Shown here in pieces: positions 46,767 through 55,260 of a stretch of DNA of 64,000 nucleotides. Source of the stretch: Gemmatimonadota bacterium (lineage in GTDB: Bacteria > Gemmatimonadota > Gemmatimonadetes > Gemmatimonadales > GWC2-71-9); the NCBI GenBank assembly GCA_039588335.1, contig JBDGZZ010000022.1, positions 1,963 through 65,962 of the forward strand. Direction: 5' to 3'. The notes under the pieces were generated by a model that saw nothing but the letters and a program-made list of their open reading frames with translations, was not told the origin of the DNA and did no database searches. The number at the start of each line of letters is the position of its first letter. The first letter of the stretch is position 1. Both the position numbers and the translations under genes were made by a program.

Positions 46767-47419
46767 GAGCGACGACTCCGCAGCAGGATTTCATGCGTGG
46801 CATCTGGAGAGAGAATCCAGTGCTCATTCAGATGCTCGGACTGTGTCCTGCGCTGGCGGTGACCAATACGGTGAAAAACAGCATCGCCATGGGGCTCGCC
46901 ACGTTTTTCGTGCTGACGGGGTCCAGCCTCTTGGTCTCTCTATTCAAGCGGTTCATACCGCACGAGGTACGCATATCCACATATATCCTGATCATTGCGA
47001 CGTTCGTGACGATCGCCGACATGACGCTCGAGGCGGTGGTCCCCGACATACACAAGGCGTTGGGTGCGTTCATTGCGCTGATCGTTGTCAACTGCATGAT
47101 CCTCGGACGCCAAGAAGCCTTTGCGTCGAAGAAGCCGGTGGGCCGCGCGCTATTGGACGCCTTTGGAACGGGGATCGGTTTCATAATAGCCATGTTGATG
47201 ATGGGTACCGTCAGGGAAGTGTTGGGCAACGGATCGTTCCTCGGCGTCAGCCTGTTCGGTCCCAATTTTGAACCGTGGGTGGTGTTCATACTTCCTCCAG
47301 GCGGATTCCTGACGATCGGATTCATCTTGCTGGGGTTGAGTTGGATCGAGCGCAGGAGAAAACAGAAGCCTATGGTGCGGGAATGGCCTGAAGGCGTAGC
47401 CTCGGAGAAGGCGGCATGA
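46763..47419 (+). CDS. rnfE: Rnf complex subunit E
   Basis: NPVLIQMLGLCPALAVT motif, 6 TM helices, ATGA overlap with rnfG. Confidence 0.9.
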   Translation: MRATTPQQDFMRGIWRENPVLIQMLGLCPALAVTNTVKNSIAMGLATFFVLTGSSLLVSLFKRFIPHEVRISTYILIIATFVTIADMTLEAVVPDIHKALGAFIALIVVNCMILGRQEAFASKKPVGRALLDAFGTGIGFIIAMLMMGTVREVLGNGSFLGVSLFGPNFEPWVVFILPPGGFLTIGFILLGLSWIERRRKQKPMVREWPEGVASEKAA

Positions 47420-47997
47420 CCAGCGACCTGCTATGGATCCTGATCTCGGCGATGGTGGTAAATAACTTCACGCTCGCCTATTTCCTCGGTCTGTGCCCCT
47501 TCATGGGAGTATCTGGTCGAGTGGAGACCGCCATCAGGATGGGGGCAGCGAACATATTCGTCCTGACCATCACGGCCATCTGTGCGTGGTTTCTCAACAC
47601 ATATATTCTGCCATATGCGCCATACTTGCGACTGATTTCTTTCATTGTCGTCATAGCATCCCTGGTGCAGATCGTTGAAATGACGATCAAGAAGATCAGT
47701 CCCACGCTGTTCAGACAACTTGGGATATATTTGCCTTTGATAACCACGAACTGCGCAATCCTCGGTTTTGCTATCTTCGCAACAAACCGGGGTTACGGGT
47801 TCTTCCAAGGTCTCTCATTTGCCATCGGTGCCGGGCTTGGCCTGACGCTTGCATTGGTGCTCATGGCATCCATAAGAGAGAATAGTGAGTTGGTGGATGT
47901 ACCAGAAGTTGCCAAGGGAACGGCCCTCGTGTTCATCATTGCCGGATGTCTGTCCTTGGCGTTCATGGGATTCGCCGGACTGTTGACTTCCACATGA
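47416..47997 (+). CDS. rnfA: Rnf complex subunit A
   Basis: NNFTLAYFLGLCPFMGVS motif, 6 TM helices, ATGA overlap with rnfE. Confidence 0.9.
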   Translation: MTSDLLWILISAMVVNNFTLAYFLGLCPFMGVSGRVETAIRMGAANIFVLTITAICAWFLNTYILPYAPYLRLISFIVVIASLVQIVEMTIKKISPTLFRQLGIYLPLITTNCAILGFAIFATNRGYGFFQGLSFAIGAGLGLTLALVLMASIRENSELVDVPEVAKGTALVFIIAGCLSLAFMGFAGLLTST

Positions 47998-48167
47998 TTG
48001 AAGTCCTGGCCATTCTTGGGTTTGCAGTACTGTTCGCGGTATTTGGAGCCCTCCGGGGCAGGGTGCAGGAGTCGCATCGGTGCGATGCCTGCCCGGGCCG
48101 GGAAGATCCGGGTGCCTGCGGGATCTGTCATACCTTACGCGATATTTCGGAGTCAAGCCATGCATAA
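47994..48167 (+). CDS. 57-aa membrane miniprotein: one TM helix plus a 2x CxxC tail (NqrM-like or FeoB-associated Cys-rich type architecture)
   Basis: MIEVLAILGFAVLFAVFGALRGRVQESHRCDACPGREDPGACGICHTLRDISESSHA. The ATG overlaps the rnfA stop (ATGA), and the stop overlaps the apbE start by 8 nt. Confidence 0.55.
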   Translation: MIEVLAILGFAVLFAVFGALRGRVQESHRCDACPGREDPGACGICHTLRDISESSHA

Positions 48168-49158
48168 AACTGAGTCGACTGATGCCTCTGGTCCCAGTCG
48201 GCGTGATGTAGTCCTACTAGGGATTGGTGCGTTTGCTGTTGCGGCGGTCCCGTTCCTAGGGGTGGGCCGTAGGCGTCTCTTTAGAAGGACCGTACCCGTG
48301 ATGGGTACGGTCGCTGACATAGGTGTAGTGGACAGAAACAACGACTATGCGCAGGCTGCTATTGATGCCGCAATCCAGCAGTTACGCTACGTCGATCGCA
48401 CGATGTCGCGGTTCAGTGAGGCATCAGACGTCGGTCGGGCAAACCGATTGGCTGCTGCTGACGGTACATGCATCACGAAAGCCACAGCAACCGTGATCGA
48501 AGAGGGACTGCGTTGGGCGGCGGCCAGTGAAGGTGCGTTCGATCCATGCCTCGGCACAGCCGTCGGTCTCTGGGATGTGAAACATCGTACCAAGCCCCCG
48601 GAGAAAGACCAAGTTGCCCAACTGGCAGGCCGAAACCTCTACAGAAAGCTCGATTTGGGTGAATCCGGCGACAGGCCGGTCGTACGCCTCACAGAGGCTG
48701 ATGTCGCGATCGACCTGGGCGGCATCGCCAAGGGCTACGGAGTGGACCTGGCAGTGCAGTCGCTCAGGGAGTGGGGTATCGAACACGCGCTGGTCAACGT
48801 GGGTGGAGATCTGTACGCCATGGGTGAGTCGGAGGACGGTGATCCCTGGAGTGTAGGAGTCAGATCGCCTTACGCTCCCAGCAAGGTGACACACCGCTTC
48901 GAGATCGCCGACCAGGCAGTCGCTACCTCAGGCGATTATCTCCAGTACTTCCGTTATGGGGGCAGGAGTTACCACCATCTGCTCGATCCCAGTACGGCTG
49001 CCCCTCGACGCGGGGACGTCCACAGCGTGACGGTGACAGCCGACAATTGCATGGCTGCGGACGCCGCGGCTACTGCGGTGTTCGGAATGCCACGCGAAGA
49101 GGCAGATGCGTTACTCGGTATCAGAGCGCCCAGCGCGAAGATAGTAAGCGTGGACTAG
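48160..49158 (+). CDS. apbE: FAD:protein FMN transferase
   Basis: Export-type N-terminus (SRRDVVLLGIGAFAVAAVPF), DLGGIAKGYGVD motif, TSGDY motif. ATG 48160 is preferred over the track start at 47998. Confidence 0.85.
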   Translation: MHKTESTDASGPSRRDVVLLGIGAFAVAAVPFLGVGRRRLFRRTVPVMGTVADIGVVDRNNDYAQAAIDAAIQQLRYVDRTMSRFSEASDVGRANRLAAADGTCITKATATVIEEGLRWAAASEGAFDPCLGTAVGLWDVKHRTKPPEKDQVAQLAGRNLYRKLDLGESGDRPVVRLTEADVAIDLGGIAKGYGVDLAVQSLREWGIEHALVNVGGDLYAMGESEDGDPWSVGVRSPYAPSKVTHRFEIADQAVATSGDYLQYFRYGGRSYHHLLDPSTAAPRRGDVHSVTVTADNCMAADAAATAVFGMPREEADALLGIRAPSAKIVSVD

Positions 49159-49182
49159 GGCAAGAGAACTCAGCGTACATGT

Positions 49183-49219
49183 GGGGAACGGGATATGCGC
49201 CCCGTTCCCCTTTTTCTTT
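49183..49219 (+). terminator. rho-independent terminator closing the kor-rnf-apbE operon
   Basis: GGGGAACGGG (49183-49192) and CCCGTTCCCC (49201-49210) form a perfect 10-bp stem. It is followed by TTTTTCTTT. Confidence 0.8.
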
Positions 49220-49285
49220 GGGGATGCTAATTTGGCAGTGTGGCACGAGCATGGTTACACGACGCAGTAGACGGTGGTTCTTGTC

Positions 49286-50107
49286 ATGTCCGACGTACGA
49301 AAGCCAGCTGTAGCCGGACAGTTCTATCCAGATGACCCAGCCCAGTTGAGCGCGCTGGTCGGCGGGATGTTGAATGATGCCGCCTCCGAGGCGCGACCAT
49401 CCTTTGGTGGCATCGTGCCACATGCCGGTCTGATCTACTCTGGCGCGTGCGCCGCACGCGTCTTCAGTCGAGTAGCGTTTCCCGAAATCACGGTCATATT
49501 GGCCCCGAACCACACCGGGATGTGGAATAACCGGGGTGGAGCAGGGGCGTGGGATAGAGGCAGCTTTGAGACGCCGTTGGGGTCGATCTCGGTGGCCGAG
49601 GGCTTCATGTCGCGATTAGAGGACGAGTGCGATCTGGTGGCGCACGATGTCGCGGCACATCGATTTGAGCATGCAGTCGAGGTCGAGCTGCCGTTCCTGA
49701 AGCGCGTGGCACCCGGATCCACCCTGGCTCCCCTGGTCTTGGGATGGGACGACTGGGATAGGTGCAAGGCCCTGGCAGATGCCCTGGCTCGAGTTGTTGC
49801 GGAGTGGCCGGAGGACGTTCTACTGCTCGCATCTTCGGACATGACACACTACGAATCGGCGGAGTCTGCCGCTGCTAAAGATCGACTTGCTCTGAGAGCT
49901 GTCGAGCAACTGAATGGTGAGGAACTGCTAGAGGTTTGCGGGCGAGAGAACGTGACGATGTGCGGACGGGCGCCCGCCGCAGTGGTGTTGGAGGCGGCGA
50001 GGCAACTTGACGCAGAGACCGCGGATGTGGTTGACTACCGGCACAGCGGCTGGGTGTCAGGCGACGACACCAGTGTCGTGGCTTATGCGGGGGTCGTGAT
50101 CACCTAG
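49286..50107 (+). CDS. Memo-like / AmmeMemoRadiSam system protein B
   Basis: MSDVRKPAVAGQFYP N-terminus, PHAGLIYSG, SSDMTHY motifs. Confidence 0.8.
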   Translation: MSDVRKPAVAGQFYPDDPAQLSALVGGMLNDAASEARPSFGGIVPHAGLIYSGACAARVFSRVAFPEITVILAPNHTGMWNNRGGAGAWDRGSFETPLGSISVAEGFMSRLEDECDLVAHDVAAHRFEHAVEVELPFLKRVAPGSTLAPLVLGWDDWDRCKALADALARVVAEWPEDVLLLASSDMTHYESAESAAAKDRLALRAVEQLNGEELLEVCGRENVTMCGRAPAAVVLEAARQLDAETADVVDYRHSGWVSGDDTSVVAYAGVVIT

Positions 50108-50144
50108 GTTGTGCAGGGCGGGACGGTGCCCACTGACGGCCTCG

Positions 50145-51170
50145 CTACTCCACTCTCCAAGTCTGGCCAACTCGAAGCAACTCACTCAGGTTCGGATCCG
50201 GATACTTGGATTTCGCTACTCTAATCTGCGAGTGAATCTCCGCGTCGTAAGCCTGGGCTGGATCGCAGTACAGGACTCCGAGCGCCATGGGAAACTCAGG
50301 GGTGTCCAAGGATGCGAGCAGCACGGCGAGGTTTCGGTTGGTTTCGTCGTGAACGAGTATGTCATCTTCCGTTATCCCGTTTTCGCCAACCGTCGCCACC
50401 TGGATCTCCAAGCACCCGGATTTCATGGTGAGTCCGCGGTTCATGTCCTTGCCAAACAGTAACGGCTTGCCGTGCTCTACGAGGAGCTGCCTATCTGCCG
50501 CTACTTCTCGGTTGGTGAACCGGTCGAACGTCGCGTCGTTGAACACGACGCAGTTCTGGAAGATTTCGACGAACGAGGCCCCTTGGTGTGTGTGCGCGCG
50601 CTTCAGCGTTTCCACCAAGTGAGATTGCTGTGTGTCAACCGAACGTGCTACAAAACGTGCTCCGGCACCCAGGGCGAAAGCGGCAGGTGTAACCGGAAGC
50701 TCGACCGAGCCGTGCGGTGTGGAAGGGGACCTCGTTCCTCTCCTGGACGTGGGAGAGTATTGCCCTTTCGTGAGACCGTAGATCTCGTTGTTGAACAGCA
50801 GGATTTGAAGATCCACGTTGCGGCGAAGTGCATGTAGCGTGTGATTGCCGCCTATGCTCAAGCCATCTCCATCACCAGTTACAACCCACACGTCCAACTC
50901 CGGATTCGCCAGCTTGATTCCAGTTGCTATGGCAGGCGCCCTCCCGTGGATCGTGTGGAATCCATACGTGGACATGTAGTATGGAAAGCGGGACGAGCAT
51001 CCGATGCCGGACACGAACACATGCTTCTCCCGCGGAGTTCCCAAGTCTGCCAAGGTGCGCTGCATAGCTTTGAGGATCGCGTAATCCCCACAGCCCGGGC
51101 ACCAACGAACCTCCTGATCGGAGGCAAACTCCTTGGGTTTCAAGGTGTCGGCTGGCGTGGCTACCGTCAT
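50145..51170 (-). CDS. korB: 2-oxoglutarate/2-oxoacid:ferredoxin oxidoreductase beta subunit (second copy)
   Basis: WCPGCGDYAILKA, GIGCSSRFPYY and GDGDG motifs. ATG 51170 lies 1 nt after the korA2 stop. Confidence 0.85.
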   Translation of the reverse strand: MTVATPADTLKPKEFASDQEVRWCPGCGDYAILKAMQRTLADLGTPREKHVFVSGIGCSSRFPYYMSTYGFHTIHGRAPAIATGIKLANPELDVWVVTGDGDGLSIGGNHTLHALRRNVDLQILLFNNEIYGLTKGQYSPTSRRGTRSPSTPHGSVELPVTPAAFALGAGARFVARSVDTQQSHLVETLKRAHTHQGASFVEIFQNCVVFNDATFDRFTNREVAADRQLLVEHGKPLLFGKDMNRGLTMKSGCLEIQVATVGENGITEDDILVHDETNRNLAVLLASLDTPEFPMALGVLYCDPAQAYDAEIHSQIRVAKSKYPDPNLSELLRVGQTWRVE

Positions 51171-51171
51171 A

Positions 51172-52992
51172 TCAGCTCTCCAACAAAGATTCGATTTCGG
51201 CAGTGATTTCGCGAACCTTGAACGGTTTGCCGGAAACCTTGGGAAGTCCAACTGCGGGCAGGAGATATGTACTTCGCAACATGGTCACGAGCTGCCCCGT
51301 GTTCATTTCCGGGACCAGGATGTGATTGAATCCCTGTAGCAGATCGCCCAGGTTGCGAGGGAATGGGTTCAGATAGCGGATGTGGATGTGCGATACCTTG
51401 CGGCCTTCACCTGTGGCTTTCTTGACTGCCTGCCGTATGGGGCCGAAGGTGGATCCCCATCCTACGATCGCTATCTCTCCGCGTTGCGCTCCCAGTGTTA
51501 CCTCCTGTGGCGGTATGTCGTCTGCTATGCCCGCCACCTTGGCAGTGCGTATCTCCAGCCCACCGATACGGTGCTCGAGTCCGGGAGTCCCCGGTATAGC
51601 CCACGGCCGGGCCAACGAGCCTTCGTTTCTCTGAAACGGCTGAAACCCTTCCGGATCTGTGCGGAACGGCACCTTGAACTCCGGAACCCTGTCGATGTCC
51701 GGGATGTGCCACGGTTCTGCAGCGTTGGCCAGGTACGCGTCAGTCAGTACCATGACGGGGGTCATGTATTTTGACGCCAGGCGGACCGCTTCGATGGCCA
51801 CATCGAAGCAATCAGTAGAGGTGGCTGCGGAGAGAACCGGTAGCGGAGCATCCCCATTACGGCCGTAAACGGCCTGGTACAGGTCGGATTGCTCCGTCTT
51901 GGTCGGCATCCCGGTCGACGGTCCGGCACGTTGTGAGTTGATGACTATGAGCGGCAGCTCGGTGGCGATTGCCAACCCAAGAGCCTCGCCCTTCAGTGCA
52001 ATCCCGGGTCCGGAGCTGGACGTGACTCCGAGCGAACCCGCGAAAGACGCGCCAATCGCCGAGCAAATCGCAGCGATCTCGTCCTCGGCCTGGAATGTGA
52101 TCACACCGAACTCCTTCAAGCCGGCTAGCGTGTGCAGCAGAGGTGAAGCTGGGGTGATCGGATACGAACCGAACATGATGTTGAGGCCAGCGGCGCGTGC
52201 CCCGGCTAGCAGTCCCCAGGCGAGTGTTTGGGTCCCAGTCACGGTTCTGTATTCGCCAGGAGATATGTCTGCTTCGACTATGCTGTAACCAACGGCATAG
52301 TTGGGCATTTCGGCCGTTTCGCCGAATGCGTGACCTGCGTTCAGAGCTGCTATGTTGGCTTCAGCAATCTCGGGTAGCTCTTTGAACTTCTTGCGCAGCC
52401 AGTTGATCGTAACTTGCCGGTCTCTGTCATACATCCACAGTGTGAGACCGAGGGTCCACATGTTACGGCTGCGGAGCGCCTCTTTTGAGCTGAGTCCGAA
52501 TTCCCTGACTGCGTCCAGTGTGAGCCTGCCGATGTCCAGCGGAATGACCTGATAGGGCACCATCGAGCCGCTCTCGAGCGGATTGTCCTCGAATCCGGCT
52601 TTCTGGAGGTTCCTCCTGGTGAACGATCCCGAATCGACAATGACCGTACCGCCCACCCGCAGGTCGTCCAGGTTGACCTTGAGCGCGGCTGGGTTCATTG
52701 CAACCAGAACGTCCAGTTCGTCACCGACGGTCGAGATGTCAGTCACACCGAAGTGAATCTGGAATGCGGAGACACCGAAGGTGGTTCCGGCCGGCGCCCG
52801 TATCTCTGCTGGGTAGTCAGGAAAGGTCGCAAGATCGTTCCCGACCATTGCCGTTTCCTGAGTGAACTGTGAGCCAGTGAGCTGCATACCGTCACCCGAA
52901 TCTCCCGCGAAGCGGATGACCACCGTATCCCTGACCTCACGCGGCAGCTTGCTGCGCAGATGCTCTGCGCGGACTCCATTGTCTGCAGCCAT
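51172..52992 (-). CDS. korA: 2-oxoglutarate/2-oxoacid:ferredoxin oxidoreductase alpha subunit (second copy)
   Basis: FAGDSGDGMQLTG...PAEIRAP N-terminus, SYPITPASPLLH, GPGIALKGE, NSQRAGPSTGMPTK. AGGAGA RBS. Confidence 0.85.
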   Translation of the reverse strand: MAADNGVRAEHLRSKLPREVRDTVVIRFAGDSGDGMQLTGSQFTQETAMVGNDLATFPDYPAEIRAPAGTTFGVSAFQIHFGVTDISTVGDELDVLVAMNPAALKVNLDDLRVGGTVIVDSGSFTRRNLQKAGFEDNPLESGSMVPYQVIPLDIGRLTLDAVREFGLSSKEALRSRNMWTLGLTLWMYDRDRQVTINWLRKKFKELPEIAEANIAALNAGHAFGETAEMPNYAVGYSIVEADISPGEYRTVTGTQTLAWGLLAGARAAGLNIMFGSYPITPASPLLHTLAGLKEFGVITFQAEDEIAAICSAIGASFAGSLGVTSSSGPGIALKGEALGLAIATELPLIVINSQRAGPSTGMPTKTEQSDLYQAVYGRNGDAPLPVLSAATSTDCFDVAIEAVRLASKYMTPVMVLTDAYLANAAEPWHIPDIDRVPEFKVPFRTDPEGFQPFQRNEGSLARPWAIPGTPGLEHRIGGLEIRTAKVAGIADDIPPQEVTLGAQRGEIAIVGWGSTFGPIRQAVKKATGEGRKVSHIHIRYLNPFPRNLGDLLQGFNHILVPEMNTGQLVTMLRSTYLLPAVGLPKVSGKPFKVREITAEIESLLES

Positions 52993-53178
52993 TGCTAGGT
53001 TCTTCTCCTGGGTAACTGACCGAAAAGCCTCTCACACGGTTACCGAATCGGTCGAAGGAAGGTTCCAGTGCGAAGGGCCTGCAGAAAGGTACTTGGCTGT
53101 TGCCGTGTTAGACCAGCGGTAGTGCACGTATGGTGGGATGGGCCCTGGAAATGGCTCCGCGTGAGTGGGCGGGCGAGA

Positions 53179-53217
53179 GGCGGGCGAACCGAGTCGACTC
53201 ACCCGGTTCCACCCGCC
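53179..53217 (-). terminator. GC-rich hairpin just downstream of the vWA gene stop
   Basis: GGCGGGCGAACCGAGTC / GACTCaccCGGTTCcaCCCGCC centred on the palindrome GAGTCGACTC. There is no U tract. Confidence 0.45.
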
Positions 53218-53230
53218 CGACTCGCGGTTG

Positions 53231-53992
53231 CTACAGTCTCCTACTCCTCACTCTGAAGTCTACGTTGTCTTGGATCCAGCTCCACAAGGCATCCTGGTTG
53301 CCTTCCTCAAGGTCAGGATCAATCTGTTCTCGCCAACCGCTCATTACTTGGGCGTCAACGGTCCACATGCGGACTCTCCGGGTATCGATCTCACGTTCCC
53401 AAGCCACGCTGGTGGTTGGAGAACCATAGAGGAGCCGCACGGTCACGCTACGTGAGAGGTATTCCAGCGGCGACAGGTTGATCTGCGCATAGGCGCTCTC
53501 GTTTGCGGCCGACGTAGTACCGCCCACAGCATCGGGCACGCCGTCGCTGAGCACCACGATATTCAGCGGTGCCAAGATGAGACCTTGGCGCTTCACCAGC
53601 GTGGCAACGCGGTCGAAGAACGCGTTGAAGTCCGTGAACGTATCTTCTGGAGGGAAGTGCTCACGCAACACGGTCGCAATCTCCTCGGCGTTCTTTCCCT
53701 GGAAAGCGTGAATCGGTTGGAACGATTTCGGTTCTCCAGGCCGGGCACCGCCTACCGATCCGACGAATACTGCCGAAGGTACTCTGAGTTCGCCCATTGC
53801 GTTCAAATGGCCGTACAGATAGGTGGATGCAAACTCTATTGCATCCTCATAGTTGCCGGTGGATCGGAACGATCCACTCACATCGACCCCTATGACAAGC
53901 GTCGAGCGTGCCTGCCTCGCCGGTTGGTCCGTGGGAGTGCACGCTACAGACGCCGCCAGAGCGATCATCACGGCTCTGCGGAGTCGAATCAT
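53231..53992 (-). CDS. vWA-like (MIDAS) lipoprotein
   Basis: Lipobox AASVAC. DVSGS (DxSxS) MIDAS motif in VIGVDVSGSF. 253 aa. Confidence 0.65.
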   Translation of the reverse strand: MIRLRRAVMIALAASVACTPTDQPARQARSTLVIGVDVSGSFRSTGNYEDAIEFASTYLYGHLNAMGELRVPSAVFVGSVGGARPGEPKSFQPIHAFQGKNAEEIATVLREHFPPEDTFTDFNAFFDRVATLVKRQGLILAPLNIVVLSDGVPDAVGGTTSAANESAYAQINLSPLEYLSRSVTVRLLYGSPTTSVAWEREIDTRRVRMWTVDAQVMSGWREQIDPDLEEGNQDALWSWIQDNVDFRVRSRRL

Positions 53993-55260
53993 GCAGCACC
54001 TCCGTCGTGAAGTGGCTGAGGCGCCGCAGACCGAGGTGGCGGTGTGGCGGTCCGACCCGCTATCAGCTTCGGTGTCGCAATCAGTACGTCATTGATGGAC
54101 CGGAAAGGCAACGAGAACATCGGTCGCGCGCCAATGGCCACAACGGCGAAGTTGACGGCCGCAGCAAAGAGCTGGAGCACCGGAAGCGAAAGCAATTCGA
54201 AGGCTGTCTGTGCTTCCTTCTTGAACCATTCCGACTCGGCCTTGAGCTGCAGAATCGGCGCCCGTAGCGGATCGGTGTGCGCAGGCATCTGGAGCGGACT
54301 CGTCGGGGTCTCCTGTCGGATCGTCTCGCGGGCGAGCACCGCCACAAGAGCGGGCGTACCGTAGCGTCCGAACAGGAACCACGTCATGCCGCGGACGCCA
54401 ATCCAGCCAAACGAAGCCAACATCAAGGTCGAGACGAGACCCAGCTGTAGTCCCTCGTTTGTTTGTTGAGCGATCCACGGAGTGATCGCGTCGATCAACT
54501 CACGGTACAGGAAGATGACCTCGAAGAACATGACGAAGAGTTCCACGAAAGCCATCTGGATGATCCCGGCGTAGTCCTTCTTGCGCATGGCCTCAGCAAG
54601 CGCGAACACGCAGGCAAAGCTGCCCAGGACCAAGAAGAACAGGAAGATCCACAGGATCGGGCCCAGCAGCCGGGCGTCGGGCTCGTACCCCGTGATGCCA
54701 GCCAGCACCTCTGTAAGTGTCGGCCGCAGGGTGTACATGAATATCAACGCCTCTACTGCCGACCACAGCAGTAGAGCGAGGAAGGCGAGCCAAGGAACGC
54801 CCGGTTTGAAGTAGTTCCGGGAAGTCCAATCCAGCACCCGCATGGGAGACTGGATGGACCCCTTTATGACCGCACCGACCATCCCGACGGCCAGCCTGAG
54901 GAGTCCCCAGGTCCAGCCCACCGCCAGGACGAAGAGGCGGACAATCCCGGCCCAATAGAACCAGGCGCTACGGCCGGCGTCCCACCACGAAGTGAGCATT
55001 GCCGTCACGAAGCGGCCACGGTTCGACCGGAACGGAATCGTGTAGAGCGATACCATGGTTATCCAGATACCACTCACGAGCAACAACACTGGCAGCAGCA
55101 GTACTATCCGCTTGAACAGTATCTCACCGGTGGATTCACCATACCATATGAGGTTCACCATTGCCGCATGCCAGCCCGGAATCCAGGACACTGGTGCTGA
55201 GAGCGCATCTACCGCGCCTCGCCATTCATCCGGGACGAAGGCCTGGATGGAGTGAAGCAT
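53989..55260 (-). CDS. polytopic membrane protein of unknown function
   Basis: About 10 hydrophobic helices. ATG 55260 is preceded by AAGGAG. Its stop overlaps the start of the vWA gene (ATGA). Confidence 0.65.
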   Translation of the reverse strand: MLHSIQAFVPDEWRGAVDALSAPVSWIPGWHAAMVNLIWYGESTGEILFKRIVLLLPVLLLVSGIWITMVSLYTIPFRSNRGRFVTAMLTSWWDAGRSAWFYWAGIVRLFVLAVGWTWGLLRLAVGMVGAVIKGSIQSPMRVLDWTSRNYFKPGVPWLAFLALLLWSAVEALIFMYTLRPTLTEVLAGITGYEPDARLLGPILWIFLFFLVLGSFACVFALAEAMRKKDYAGIIQMAFVELFVMFFEVIFLYRELIDAITPWIAQQTNEGLQLGLVSTLMLASFGWIGVRGMTWFLFGRYGTPALVAVLARETIRQETPTSPLQMPAHTDPLRAPILQLKAESEWFKKEAQTAFELLSLPVLQLFAAAVNFAVVAIGARPMFSLPFRSINDVLIATPKLIAGRTATPPPRSAAPQPLHDGGAA

